Origin: Nannocystis bainbridge
GTDB lineage: Bacteria > Myxococcota_A > Polyangia > Nannocystales > Nannocystaceae
Length of the DNA: 64,000 nt
Direction: 5' to 3'
NCBI RefSeq assembly: GCF_028368995.1
Contig: NZ_JAQNDL010000003.1
Span: forward strand, 32,001-96,000
Below the pieces are notes generated by a model. The model was not told the origin of the DNA. It saw only the letters and a list, made by a program, of their open reading frames with translations, and ran no database searches. Shown in pieces: positions 8,759 to 18,900 of the stretch. The position numbers and the translations under genes were made by a program. Every line of letters starts with the position of its first letter. Position 1 is the first letter of the stretch.

Positions 8759-9073
8759 ATGCGCAACGACAACCCGAAGCTCGCCCCGCGCGAGCCCGAC
8801 GCCCCTTCCAACCTCGAGAAGGACCCCGACGATTGGGTCACCGGCGACGAGCGGATGACCGACGCCCAGGCCTCGTACCTCAAGACCCTCTCCGAGGAGG
8901 CCCACGAGGAGTTCGACCCGACGCTGACCAAGGCCGAGGCTTCGAAGCGGATCGACGCGCTGCAGCATGTCACCGGCCGCGGCCGCCACGACGACGCCGC
9001 CGACGCCCCGGCCAGGCCGCCGACGCGCGGCCGGCCCGAGGCGGACGACAGCCCCGAAGACCTCGACGAATGA
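8759..9073 (+). CDS. DUF3072-like small protein
   Basis: KDPDDWVTGDERMTDAQASYLKTLSEEA...LTKAEASKRIDAL signature. Confidence 0.85.
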   Translation: MRNDNPKLAPREPDAPSNLEKDPDDWVTGDERMTDAQASYLKTLSEEAHEEFDPTLTKAEASKRIDALQHVTGRGRHDDAADAPARPPTRGRPEADDSPEDLDE

Positions 9074-9141
9074 CGCACGGCGCCGGCGCGATCACCTGAG
9101 CCTGCATGCGCCGGCGATCGCCTCGCCTCACAATCGGTCCC

Positions 9142-9351
9142 ATGACCGCCGCCAGGAAGATCCACGGCCCGCACGATCCGTCCAGGATCGACCTCGACCA
9201 CGACTGGGAGCTCGACTACTGGACCCGCGAGCTCGGCGTCACCGAGCTCGAGCTGCGCGCGGCGATCCGCTCGGTCGGCAGCGACGACACCGAGCGGGTC
9301 CGCAAGCACCTCATGGGCGCGCGCCCCGGGCAGATCGTCGACCGCGGCTGA
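9142..9351 (+). CDS. DUF3606-like small protein
   Basis: DPSRIDLDHDWELDYWTRELGVTELELRAAIRSVG pattern. Confidence 0.8.
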   Translation: MTAARKIHGPHDPSRIDLDHDWELDYWTRELGVTELELRAAIRSVGSDDTERVRKHLMGARPGQIVDRG

Positions 9352-9442
9352 CGACCTGCGCCTTCGGCCAGATCGACGGGCCGGCGCTCCGGGCGTTTGT
9401 CGCTCGCGCCGCGAGGTCGGGTCCGCTAGCATCCGCGCCCCC

Positions 9443-9889
9443 ATGGACCTCGCCGCCGAGTTCATCAAGCACTTCCCGATCGCCTCTGGCCGGTTCTCCC
9501 TCGAGCTGGTCCCCGACACCGTCGTCGAGGCGCAGCCCGACGGCTGGAGGACGCCGATCCGCCTGTTCTTGTGGGACACGCTCGACGACGGCAAGCGGGC
9601 CATCCGCGACATCCGCGAGCAGGAGGTGCAATGGCTGCCCGCCGAGGCCGCCGACGATCCGCGGGTCGCCGCCTACCTCGAGGGCTGGGCCGCGGCCGTG
9701 CGCGCCATCTTCGAGCGCCACGAGGAGCGGCTGGCCGCCGGCGCGGAGATCGACAAGAGCAACTACTTCGACCTCCCGGCGGACCTGGTCTGCCCCGAGG
9801 TCCTGCAGCTGCGCCGGCCGCAGACCGCCGACGAGTTCACCGAGACGCTGCTCGCCAGCAAGCAGCGCCTCGGCCGGTTTCTGCCGTAG
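9443..9889 (+). CDS. Hypothetical protein (148 aa)
   Basis: ATG start, GC3-biased codons, globular composition. No motif recognised. Confidence 0.75.
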   Translation: MDLAAEFIKHFPIASGRFSLELVPDTVVEAQPDGWRTPIRLFLWDTLDDGKRAIRDIREQEVQWLPAEAADDPRVAAYLEGWAAAVRAIFERHEERLAAGAEIDKSNYFDLPADLVCPEVLQLRRPQTADEFTETLLASKQRLGRFLP

Positions 9890-9900
9890 CGGCGCGCGCC

Positions 9901-11031
9901 TCAGCGCCCGTCGGGGTTCGATTCGCTGCAGTAGCGCAGGGCGTCCTGCAGCGAGCGCAGCGTGTGAAGCCGGCTGAGGTCGAGGCCGAGCTCGGCCATG
10001 ATTCGGGCGATCGGCGGGCGGATGCCGGTGATGATCGCCTGGGCGCCGAGCAGGCGCACGCTGTGGATGATGCGCACCAGGTGCTCGGCCGAGGTCGGGT
10101 CCACCGTGTCGACGCCGGTCAGGTCGAGGATGGCGAAGCGGGCCCGCTTGCTCGCGATCGCCTGGAGCAGCTCGTGAAGGATGCTGGTCGCCCGCTGCTC
10201 GTCGAGCGAGCCGACCAGCGGGACCGCCAGCGCGTCGTGCCCGACCTCGATGATCGGGCTCGACAGGCGCACGATGGCCTCCTTCTGCTCCTGAATGATG
10301 CGCACCTGCGAGCGCAGCAGCTCCTCGGTGCGCCGACGCTCGGTGATGTCGGAGGCGATGCAATAGGCCCCGGCGTTGTTGCCGTGGGCGTCGCGGCGCG
10401 GCAGCGTGATCTGGCTGTAGAGCGACTCGCCGAAGCCGAACTCGATCACGCGCGTCTCGCCGCGGAAGGCCGCGCTCATGGCCAGGCCGATGTCGGGGAT
10501 GAGGGTGTTGTAGGCTTCGAACACGTTGACGCCGACGTTCTGCCCCGGTTTGAGGCCGATCTGCGCCAGCAGGCCGCCCTCGGAGACCTCGCAGACGCCG
10601 CGGGTGTCGACCGCGAACACGTTGGTCGGGACGTTGTTGACCAGCTCGCGCAGCAGCTCGGCCTGACGCACGGTGGTGAGGTCGCGGGTGACGTCGAGGG
10701 CGAGCATCGCGGCGCCGACGATCGCGCCGTCCGGTCCGCGCAGCGGGTAGAACGAATGCAGCCAGTACGCCTGGCCGTGGACGCTCTCGACCCGCACTTG
10801 CTCGCCCTGAAGGCTGCGGCGGAAATGCTCGAGCACGCCGGGTTGCCCGGCGAACGCCTGCGCCAGCGAGGCGCCGACGGTCGCGGTCGCGGCGACCCCC
10901 ATGGCCTCGAGCCCCCTGCCCTCGGCCAGCGTCAACACCTCGCCGGCGTCGATGCCGATCAGCGTCGTGCTCTCGGACTCGAGCAGCCCGGTCAGGACCT
11001 GAAACTTGAGAGCAGGATCTGCGGTCGCCAT
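9901..11031 (-). CDS. PAS-PAS-STAS protein (RsbR-like sensor/co-antagonist)
   Basis: Two PAS/PAC-like segments (…GAAMLALDVT, …YCIASDITERR) and STAS motifs LSSPII, PLVGSLDEQRA, ILDLTGVDTVD, LLGAQAIITGIRP. Confidence 0.92.
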   Translation of the reverse strand: MATADPALKFQVLTGLLESESTTLIGIDAGEVLTLAEGRGLEAMGVAATATVGASLAQAFAGQPGVLEHFRRSLQGEQVRVESVHGQAYWLHSFYPLRGPDGAIVGAAMLALDVTRDLTTVRQAELLRELVNNVPTNVFAVDTRGVCEVSEGGLLAQIGLKPGQNVGVNVFEAYNTLIPDIGLAMSAAFRGETRVIEFGFGESLYSQITLPRRDAHGNNAGAYCIASDITERRRTEELLRSQVRIIQEQKEAIVRLSSPIIEVGHDALAVPLVGSLDEQRATSILHELLQAIASKRARFAILDLTGVDTVDPTSAEHLVRIIHSVRLLGAQAIITGIRPPIARIMAELGLDLSRLHTLRSLQDALRYCSESNPDGR

Positions 11032-11240
11032 CGGGCCGCACTATATCGGAGCGGCGGCGCGACTGCACCGACCTCTACCGGTCGGAACAGCGACTCGCGC
11101 CCGTGCGGCCGGCCATGCGCGATTCCGGGACCCGCCGGCAATGGCGTGACCCGGGACCCCACGAGGCTCGATTCAGCGCAGAACCGAGCCTCGTGCGATA
11201 CGGCGCAGCCGGAGCGTCTTCATCCGGCGGCGCCCGTCGA

Positions 11241-13973
11241 TCACCAGAAGCACCACTCGACCTCGTCGCCGTTGAGCGTGCCGTCGAGGTCGCGGTCGAG
11301 CGCCACCCGCTGGCCCGAGCCGCGCGGGACGCAGGTGAAGGTCAGCTCCTGCTGGGGGAGCAGCGCGCGGGCCCGCAGCTGCGCCTCGGTGAGCGCCGGC
11401 TTGAGCCGCTGGTCCTGCACGAACGCGGTGCCGTTCCACAGGTAGCCGCGCCGCTCACCCAGGTACGAGCCGTGGGCCACCAGGTCGCAGTCGCCGGCGC
11501 TCGCGCGGGCCCGCAGCAGCGTGATCCGCGACGAGACGACGGTGCTGTTGCTGCTGGTGAGGGTGATCTGCTGGCCGACGCTCGGGGCCATGTTGGAGTC
11601 GAAGGCGAGCACGAACGCCTCGACCTGGCGCCGCTCGGTCGGGGTGTCGGACTCGAGCCCGCCGGGGTTGAAGATCGGGTCCTCGACGAAGCCGATCTGG
11701 CTGAGGAAGCCGAACACCGAGTCCATCGAGCCCTCGTGGGTGTAGCCGAAGCCGCGAATCTGGTCGCCGAGGAAGCTGTCGTCCTCCTGGGGGTTGATGG
11801 AGGTGTTGCGCGGCAGGCCGAACTTGCCGATCTTCGTATAGGCGTTGCGCAGGTGCGGGACCTTCATGGTCTGCACGAACTCGGTGCCGACGTACGAGCC
11901 GTCGGAGCCGAAGAAGCCCGGGCGTTCGACGCCGTACTGGGCGTTGCCGGCCGGATCGAGCACGTGACAGAAATTGCAGGTCATGCCGAGCGTGGCCGGC
12001 TTGTTCATGTATAGGTCGCGACCGGCGGCCTGGAACGGGGTCAGCGAGTTGTCGAGGTTGCGCACCGGGTTCGGCGGGTAGGTCAGCTGCATCGCGAAGT
12101 CGGTGAACTTCTGCATGTCGGTCGCGGGGATCTCCTGCGTCCGGCCCATGACCTCGACGAACGTCTTGTTGAACTGCTTGAACGCGGTGAGCTCGTCGAA
12201 CGAACCCTGGTTCGGCTGCGCGTTCGGCGGGAAGTTCGGGCTGGTCTTGTCGCCGCGCCAGTGCATCGCGCCATGGTTGGCCATGCCGCGCAGGCTCTGG
12301 GTCGTCATCGGCCCCTTCATCGGGTGGAAATCGATCGGGAAGTCGGGCAGGAAGATGGTCTTGAACGGCCCGGGCGCGATGGTGACGTCGCCGTCGGGGT
12401 TGCCGAGGTCCCACGCCAGGTGGTCGACGTCGCCGTACACGTGACAGCTCGCGCAGGCCGAGTCGCCGCGGCCCGAGGTGTAGGTCGCGTCGTAAAGGAA
12501 GCGGCGGCCCTCGGTCACGCTCGCCGGCTCCGGGTTGTGCATCGCCAGGTGCTGGATCTCGTCGCCGTCGTCGGTGTCGATGATCGAGACCGCGTTGTCG
12601 AAGCGGGTCATCACATACAGACGGTCGCGTGACTCGTCGAGCAGCACCGCCGTCGGTCCGCCGCCGGCGACCTGGATCTGCTCACACGGGTCGGGCCAGA
12701 AGGTGTTGTTCTCGAGCGCGGCGGTGTCGTACACGCCGATCTTGTCGGACCCGAGGGCGGCGACGTAGAGGGTGTTGCCGTCGGCCGAGATGGCCATGCC
12801 CTGCGGCAGCGCGAGGCTGAGCTCGGCGTCCTCGTTCGGCAGCGGCTGGAACGGCGCCTCGAAGTCGAGGTGCGGGTTCAGGTGGCGGGTCGTGACCGTG
12901 TTGCCCTGCGGGTTCAGGATCGAGATGTTGTTCTCGGCGAAGTGGCCGTTGACATTGGTCTCGGCGAACACGCCCGGCCCCGCGAAGCGGACCTCGTTGC
13001 GCGCGGAGGTGTTGCTGACGTAGATCTTCCCACTCACCGGGTTGACGATCATGTTGTAGAGGATGGCGCCGACGCCGGTGTAGAAGCCGGCGGCCCCGGT
13101 GACCTGCGTCGGGGTCGCGGCGTTGGCGTCGATGACGAACACGTCCTTGTCGGGCAGGCTGAACTTGACGTCCTCGTCCCACTGGACGCCGCGCTCGTCG
13201 ACCCAGTGCTGCCCGTCGTACTTGACGATCAGCGGGTTGCCCGGCGCGGCGACGCCGGCGTGGTTGGTGTTCGGCTCCGGGGTGTCGCCGCCGACCAGCA
13301 CCGAGTCGATCGTGGTCGTGCGATTGCCGGAGAAGTGCGCGGCCGCGTACACCTTCGAGCCGTCGGGGGACGTCGCCAGCGCCCGCGGGGTGTCGGCGAA
13401 CAGGGTGATGACCGTCTTGGGCGTGCCGCCGGCGCTCGCGCCGAGGTTGTTCGCGTCGAACACCCAGACATCGGCCCGGCCGACGCTCGGGGTCGTCAGC
13501 TGCGGGTCGAAGCCGATGTTCTGCCCCCGGTGGGCGGTGGTGATGAACGCCCGGTTCTTGCCCGGGCCGGCGAACACGATGTCGCGCGGCTCGTCGCCGA
13601 CCAGGAGCGTCCGCGTGACGCGATTGGCGGCGGCGGTGCCGACATAGACGACACTGACACTGTCCGACACGTGATTGACGACCCACACCTCGGTGTTGCT
13701 GCGGGCCGCCACGGCGACCGGCTCGACGCCGACGGGGATCGAGGTCCGGTGCGACAGGCCCCACCAGGTCACGTCGTAGACCTCGAGCTGACCGTCGGGC
13801 GTGTTGACCGCGAATAACGTCTTCTTGTCGGGCGAGAGGGCAAGCGGACGGACCTGTCCGCTTTCGAACAGGGTGTACGAAGGAGGAGCCGTCGCCCCTG
13901 CCGTCCCCGCCGTCCCCAACATCAACCCGAGACCTACCGACCACGAAAGTACGCGCACGCCTATCGAGAGCAT
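11241..13973 (-). CDS. Secreted YncE/YVTN-type beta-propeller + di-heme c (cytochrome c peroxidase/MauG superfamily-like) protein
   Basis: Signal peptide, propeller repeats (IPVGVEPVAVA, LVGDEPRDI), two CxxCH motifs (CASCH, CNFCH), HWRGD, KVPHLRN. GGAGG upstream of ATG 13973. Confidence 0.87.
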   Translation of the reverse strand: MLSIGVRVLSWSVGLGLMLGTAGTAGATAPPSYTLFESGQVRPLALSPDKKTLFAVNTPDGQLEVYDVTWWGLSHRTSIPVGVEPVAVAARSNTEVWVVNHVSDSVSVVYVGTAAANRVTRTLLVGDEPRDIVFAGPGKNRAFITTAHRGQNIGFDPQLTTPSVGRADVWVFDANNLGASAGGTPKTVITLFADTPRALATSPDGSKVYAAAHFSGNRTTTIDSVLVGGDTPEPNTNHAGVAAPGNPLIVKYDGQHWVDERGVQWDEDVKFSLPDKDVFVIDANAATPTQVTGAAGFYTGVGAILYNMIVNPVSGKIYVSNTSARNEVRFAGPGVFAETNVNGHFAENNISILNPQGNTVTTRHLNPHLDFEAPFQPLPNEDAELSLALPQGMAISADGNTLYVAALGSDKIGVYDTAALENNTFWPDPCEQIQVAGGGPTAVLLDESRDRLYVMTRFDNAVSIIDTDDGDEIQHLAMHNPEPASVTEGRRFLYDATYTSGRGDSACASCHVYGDVDHLAWDLGNPDGDVTIAPGPFKTIFLPDFPIDFHPMKGPMTTQSLRGMANHGAMHWRGDKTSPNFPPNAQPNQGSFDELTAFKQFNKTFVEVMGRTQEIPATDMQKFTDFAMQLTYPPNPVRNLDNSLTPFQAAGRDLYMNKPATLGMTCNFCHVLDPAGNAQYGVERPGFFGSDGSYVGTEFVQTMKVPHLRNAYTKIGKFGLPRNTSINPQEDDSFLGDQIRGFGYTHEGSMDSVFGFLSQIGFVEDPIFNPGGLESDTPTERRQVEAFVLAFDSNMAPSVGQQITLTSSNSTVVSSRITLLRARASAGDCDLVAHGSYLGERRGYLWNGTAFVQDQRLKPALTEAQLRARALLPQQELTFTCVPRGSGQRVALDRDLDGTLNGDEVEWCFW

Positions 13974-14111
13974 CCCCACCTCCAACTGCACAGAGCCGAT
14001 TTTCAACGATCGTCCCCCCCCAGGGTCCGATCCCATTGTCGCGTGTCCGTCAGACCGTGCCGCGCACGGCGCCGACGTATTAGTGCATGTTAGCAGGTCA
14101 ACAGATCCTAG

Positions 14112-14145
14112 GGCTACGATTAATTCATGGATTTAAATCGTGGCC
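14112..14145. promoter_or_regulatory. AT-rich imperfect palindrome, putative operator upstream of the beta-propeller/cytochrome gene
   Basis: GGCTACGATTAA-N10-TAAATCGTGGCC, 10 of 12 arm positions complementary. Conspicuously AT-rich for this sequence. Confidence 0.4.
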
Positions 14146-14321
14146 GCTCTCGGGTCTCGATGTCCCACCGCACCCGACTCGGCTCTCGGGGGCCGAAGGC
14201 CGCGCGGGTGGCTGTATGTACAATCGCCACAGCGAAGACCGCGCGTCTCGACAATTGCCGAACCCCGCCGAGCGAGGCTGCGGCGGGGTGTCGCGGGGGG
14301 CGGCCGGGCGGCGAGCGGCCG

Positions 14322-15569
14322 TCAGGCGGAGGTCATCGTGATCGGCAGCGACTTGAAGCCGCGGACCATCATGCTCGGCAACCATTCGAGCGGCGCGTCG
14401 CTGGCGAGGCGCAGGTCGGAGAAGGTCCGGAGCAGCGTTTGAATGGCCAGACGTCCCTCGAGCCGCGACAGCGCCGCGCCCGGGCAAGTGTGGATACCAG
14501 AACTGAAGGACAGGTGACGTACGTCCTGGCGCTCGATGTCGAACCGGTCGGGATCGGGGAATCGATGACCGTCTCGGTTCGCGGAGCAGAGGACGCTCAG
14601 CACATAGTCGCCGGCGGGGATCCGGCCCCCCGGCAGATCGGTGATGTCCACGAGCGCGCGGCGGAAGGTGCCGAACGTCGGGCCGTCGAACCGCATCAGC
14701 TCCTCGAGCGCGTTGTCGAGGAGGCGCGGCTCCTGGCGCAGGCGCTGCGCCTGCTCGGGCCGGCGCACGAGGATGTTGACCGCGTTGGCCACCATGTACA
14801 GCGTCGTCTCCTGGCTGGCCAGGAACAGGGTCACGCACATCGCCACGAGCTCGGTGTCGGTCATGCCGACGCCGTCGACGCGCGCCTCGACCAGCTTGCT
14901 CAGCAGGTCCTCGGTCGAGCGGCTGCGCCGCGCGGCGATGTGCGCGTTGAAGTATTCGTAGTAGCTCATGACGCCGCGGTACGCCGACTCGACAGCCTCG
15001 GCGGTGGCGATGCCCGCGCCGAACAGCGACATCACGATCAGCGCGTCCTCCCGCAGCCGCTCGCCGTCCTCGCGCGGGATGCCCATGAGCTCGCTGAACA
15101 CGATCATCGGCAGCTGCGCGGCGAAGTCGGCCACCACGTCCATGCGCCCGCGCGGGCGCACGGCCGCCAGCAATTCGTCGATCGCGTGCTGGATCCGCGG
15201 CCGCAGCCGCTCGACCGCCTGGACCGTGAACGCGCGGGAGATCAGCGCGCGCAGCCGCGTGTGGTTCGGCGGGTCCATGAACGCGACCCAGCTCGACACG
15301 AACGTGTTGAACACCTCGAGCTTGTCACGCACGCTCTCGGGCGCGCCGACGCCGTACTGTTCGACCTTCGAGTTGGAGAACTCCGACTTGCTGTCGCGTA
15401 GGACCCGCTGGACGTCGGCGTAGCGGGTGAGGACCCAGCTCTTGAGCAAGGGGTGCCAAAATACCGGCTCTTCCTCGCGCATGCGCGCCAGCGTCGGATA
15501 GGGGTCGGCGAAGAAAGCTGGGCTGAGAATGTCGAACTTGACGGGGGGCGCGGTCGGTTGATGAGACAT
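14322..15569 (-). CDS. Cytochrome P450
   Basis: DPYP, MDPPNHTRLR, LASQETT I-helix, EELMR, SANRD, FSSGIHTCPG. Start moved to MSHQP (15569). Confidence 0.95.
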   Translation of the reverse strand: MSHQPTAPPVKFDILSPAFFADPYPTLARMREEEPVFWHPLLKSWVLTRYADVQRVLRDSKSEFSNSKVEQYGVGAPESVRDKLEVFNTFVSSWVAFMDPPNHTRLRALISRAFTVQAVERLRPRIQHAIDELLAAVRPRGRMDVVADFAAQLPMIVFSELMGIPREDGERLREDALIVMSLFGAGIATAEAVESAYRGVMSYYEYFNAHIAARRSRSTEDLLSKLVEARVDGVGMTDTELVAMCVTLFLASQETTLYMVANAVNILVRRPEQAQRLRQEPRLLDNALEELMRFDGPTFGTFRRALVDITDLPGGRIPAGDYVLSVLCSANRDGHRFPDPDRFDIERQDVRHLSFSSGIHTCPGAALSRLEGRLAIQTLLRTFSDLRLASDAPLEWLPSMMVRGFKSLPITMTSA

Positions 15570-15946
15570 CGGCGAGGGCTCCGAGGCCGTGGCGGCGACG
15601 GGGCGGCCGGGCCCGTCGACGGCGGTCGAGATGCTTGAGCATACATCGCCGCGCCACGGTGGAGAATGGGCGCTGGGGACCCTTCTGCGAGTGCCGTGGT
15701 GCGCGTGCGACTGGTGCATCGTCGAACGCGTGTGAACGCTGCGGATGGAGCAAGGCGCGGTTTCGTGCCGTTTGCGCGCCATGGCCCGCGGACGATTGTT
15801 CGTGCGTCATCGCCGCCAGGGCGGCAAGGGCCGACCTCGCCTGCGGGCGTGGCCCTGCGCGCCGCGCGAATGCAGGGGTGACGACAAGGACGCCGCCAGC
15901 GCGGCCAGACGGTATGATACGACGGTTCGGCTCAGCGACGCTCGAC

Positions 15947-18900
15947 ATGGACGCCTCTCCACGGTTCTCGCTCAAGCAACGGCTCCACGAGGGGCAGAAC
16001 TCGATCATCTTCCGCGGCGTCCGCGAAGACGAGCAGACCCCCGTCGTCATCAAGGTGCTGAAGGGCGAGTACCCCAGCCCCCGCGCATTGAGACAGTTGC
16101 GCCGCGAGTTCGTCACGCTGCGCGAGCTCGAGGTGCCGGGGGTCGTGCGCGTCTATTCGCTCGAGAACTACGGCAACGGGCTCGCGCTGGTGATGGAGGA
16201 CGACGGCGGCGTGCCGCTCAGCGACGTCATCCACGGCGAGGCGCTGCAGCTGCGGCGGGCGCTCGAGCTGGGCGTGGCGCTGGCCGACACCCTGGCGCGC
16301 CTGCACGCGCGGGCGATCATCCACAAGGACATCAAGCCGCACAACATCCTCGTCAATTCGACGACCGGCAGCGTCAAGCTGATCGACTTCGGCATCGCTA
16401 CCAACCTGGCCCATGAGACAGCCCAGGTCTCGAGCCCCGAGGCGCTCGAGGGCACGCTGATGTACATGTCGCCCGAGCAGAGCGGGCGGGTCAACCGGAT
16501 CGTCGACCAGCGCACCGACCTCTACTCGCTCGGCGTCACGCTCTACGAGATGCTGACGGGCGCGGTCCCGTTCAACGCCAACGACGCGATGGAGCTGGTC
16601 CACAGCCACATCGCCCGCACGCCGGTGCCGCCGTGGGTGCGCACGCCGACGGTCCCCCGCGCGGTCTCCGACATCGTCATGAAGCTGCTGGCCAAGGGGC
16701 CGGAGGACCGCTACCAGCACGCGCTCGGGCTGTCGGCCGACCTCGCCCGCTGCCTGGCGGCGCTCGACGAGACCGGCGAGATCGAGGCGTTCGAGCTCGG
16801 CCAGCGCGACCGCGCCGACGTGCTGCGCATCCCGCAGAAGCTGTACGGCCGCGAGGCCGACATCCGCGCCCTGACCGAGGCGTTCGGGCGGGTCCAGGAC
16901 GGCCGCCCCGAGCTGGTGCTGGTCGGCGGCGGCGCGGGCGTCGGCAAGTCGATGCTGGCCCACGAGGTCCACCGCGTGATCGCCCGCGGCGGCGGCCGCT
17001 TCGTCACCGGCAAGTTCGACCTGGTCCAGCGCAACATCCCGTTCAGCGCCCTGGCGGCGGCCCTGTCCGACCTGCTGCGCCAGCTGCTGACCGAGTCGTC
17101 GCGCACGCTGGCGGAGTGGCGCACGCGCATCCAGCTGGCCGTCGGCAGCAGCGGCCAGCTGGTCGTCGACCTCGTGCCCGAGCTCGAGCGGATCCTCGGC
17201 AAGCAGCCGCCGCTGCCGCCGCTGCGCCCGACCGAGTCGCAGAACCGCTTCGGCCTGGTGATGCAGAACTTCGTGCGCGCCCTGTGCCCGCGCACGTCGC
17301 CGCTGGTGATCTTCCTCGACGACCTGCAGTGGGCCGACGCCGGCTCTCTGTCGCTGCTGCGGCTCATCCTCACCGATCCCGACGGCGGCCACCTGCTGCT
17401 GGTCGGGGCCTATCGCGACGGCGAGGTGGACCTCGCCCACCCGCTGCGCGCGACGGTCACCCAGCTGCGCAAGGACGGCGTGGCCCTCACCGAGCTCGCG
17501 CTCGGCCCGCTCGACCGCGCCAGCGTGCGCGCGCTGCTGGCCGAGACGCTGCTCCGCGAGCGCCCCGGGTCGCCGCCGCCGCGCGAAGAGGTCGAGCGGC
17601 TCGAGAGCCTCGCCACGCTGGTGTTCGACAAGACCCACGGCAACCCGTTCTTCCTGACGCAGTTCCTGACGATGCTGCATCGGAACGGGCAGATCCGCTT
17701 CGACGCGACCACCGGCGGGTGGGCGTGGGACACGGCCGCGGTGGCCGCGGCCCCGATCACCGAGAACGTGGCCGAGCTGATGTCGGAGCGGCTGCGCGAG
17801 TTCCCGGGCGACACCCAGCGCCTGCTCGCCGTCGCCGCCTGCGTCGGCCACGAGTTCGACGTCGTGACCCTGGCGCGGATCGCCGAGCGCAGCACCGGCC
17901 GCGTCGCCGCCACGCTGTGGCCGGCGCTGCAGGCCGGCCTGGTCGTGCCGCTCGACTCCAACTACCGCCTGCTCGAGGCGATCGACGACGGCGCGCCCGA
18001 GGCGAATGAGACAGTGGAGCTGGTGGTCGCCTGCCGGTTCCTCCACGACCGCGTGCAGCAGGCCGCGCTGTCGCTCAGCACGCCCGAGGCGCTGCACGAG
18101 GTCCACCTGCGGATCGGTCGCAGCCTGCAGGCCGCCCACGTCGGCGAGCTCCGCGGCGACGCGCTGTTCGACGTGGTCCGCCACCTCAACGCCGGCGCGC
18201 CGCGCCTCGACGACCCCGGCGAGCGCCTGCATTTGGCCCGCGCCAACCTCGAGGCCGCGCGCGCGGCCAAGCGCGCCACCGCCTACGCCGCCGGCGCCGC
18301 GTTCGCCTCGGCCGGCATCGCGGTGCTGCCGACGGACGCGTGGGACTCGCAGTACGCGCTGACGCTCGCGCTGCACCGCGAGCAGGCCGAGTGCGACTAC
18401 ATGTGCGGCCGCGTCGACCGGGCCGACGCCAAGCTCGCGGACCTGATCGGTCGCGCCCGCTCGCCGGTCGAGCAGGCCGACCTGTTCGCCCTGCGGGTGA
18501 TGCTGCTGTCGTCGCAGGGCCGCTTCGCCGAGGGCCTGGCGGCCAGCCGCGTCGGTCTACAGCAGTTCGGCGAGCTGCTGCCGGAGACGCCCGAGGCGAC
18601 GATGGCGACCTTCGGCGCGGTCTACGGCGAGATCGAGGCGACGCTGGCCGGCCGCACGGTCGAGTCGCTGGCCGACGCGCCGGCGATGCGCGACCCGGCC
18701 CACAGCGCGGTGCTCCGCCTGCTCAACGAGGCGTTCGGCGCCGGCTTCGTGGTCGACGCCCGCCTCGGCTCGGTCGTCATCCTCAAGCACGTCCTGCTGT
18801 CGCTCACCCGCGGCCCGGGCGAGCTGTCGGCCTTCGGCTACGCGACCTTCGGCTACCTGCTGGTCGGCCCGCTCGGCCGCCCCGCCGACGCGCTGCGCTA

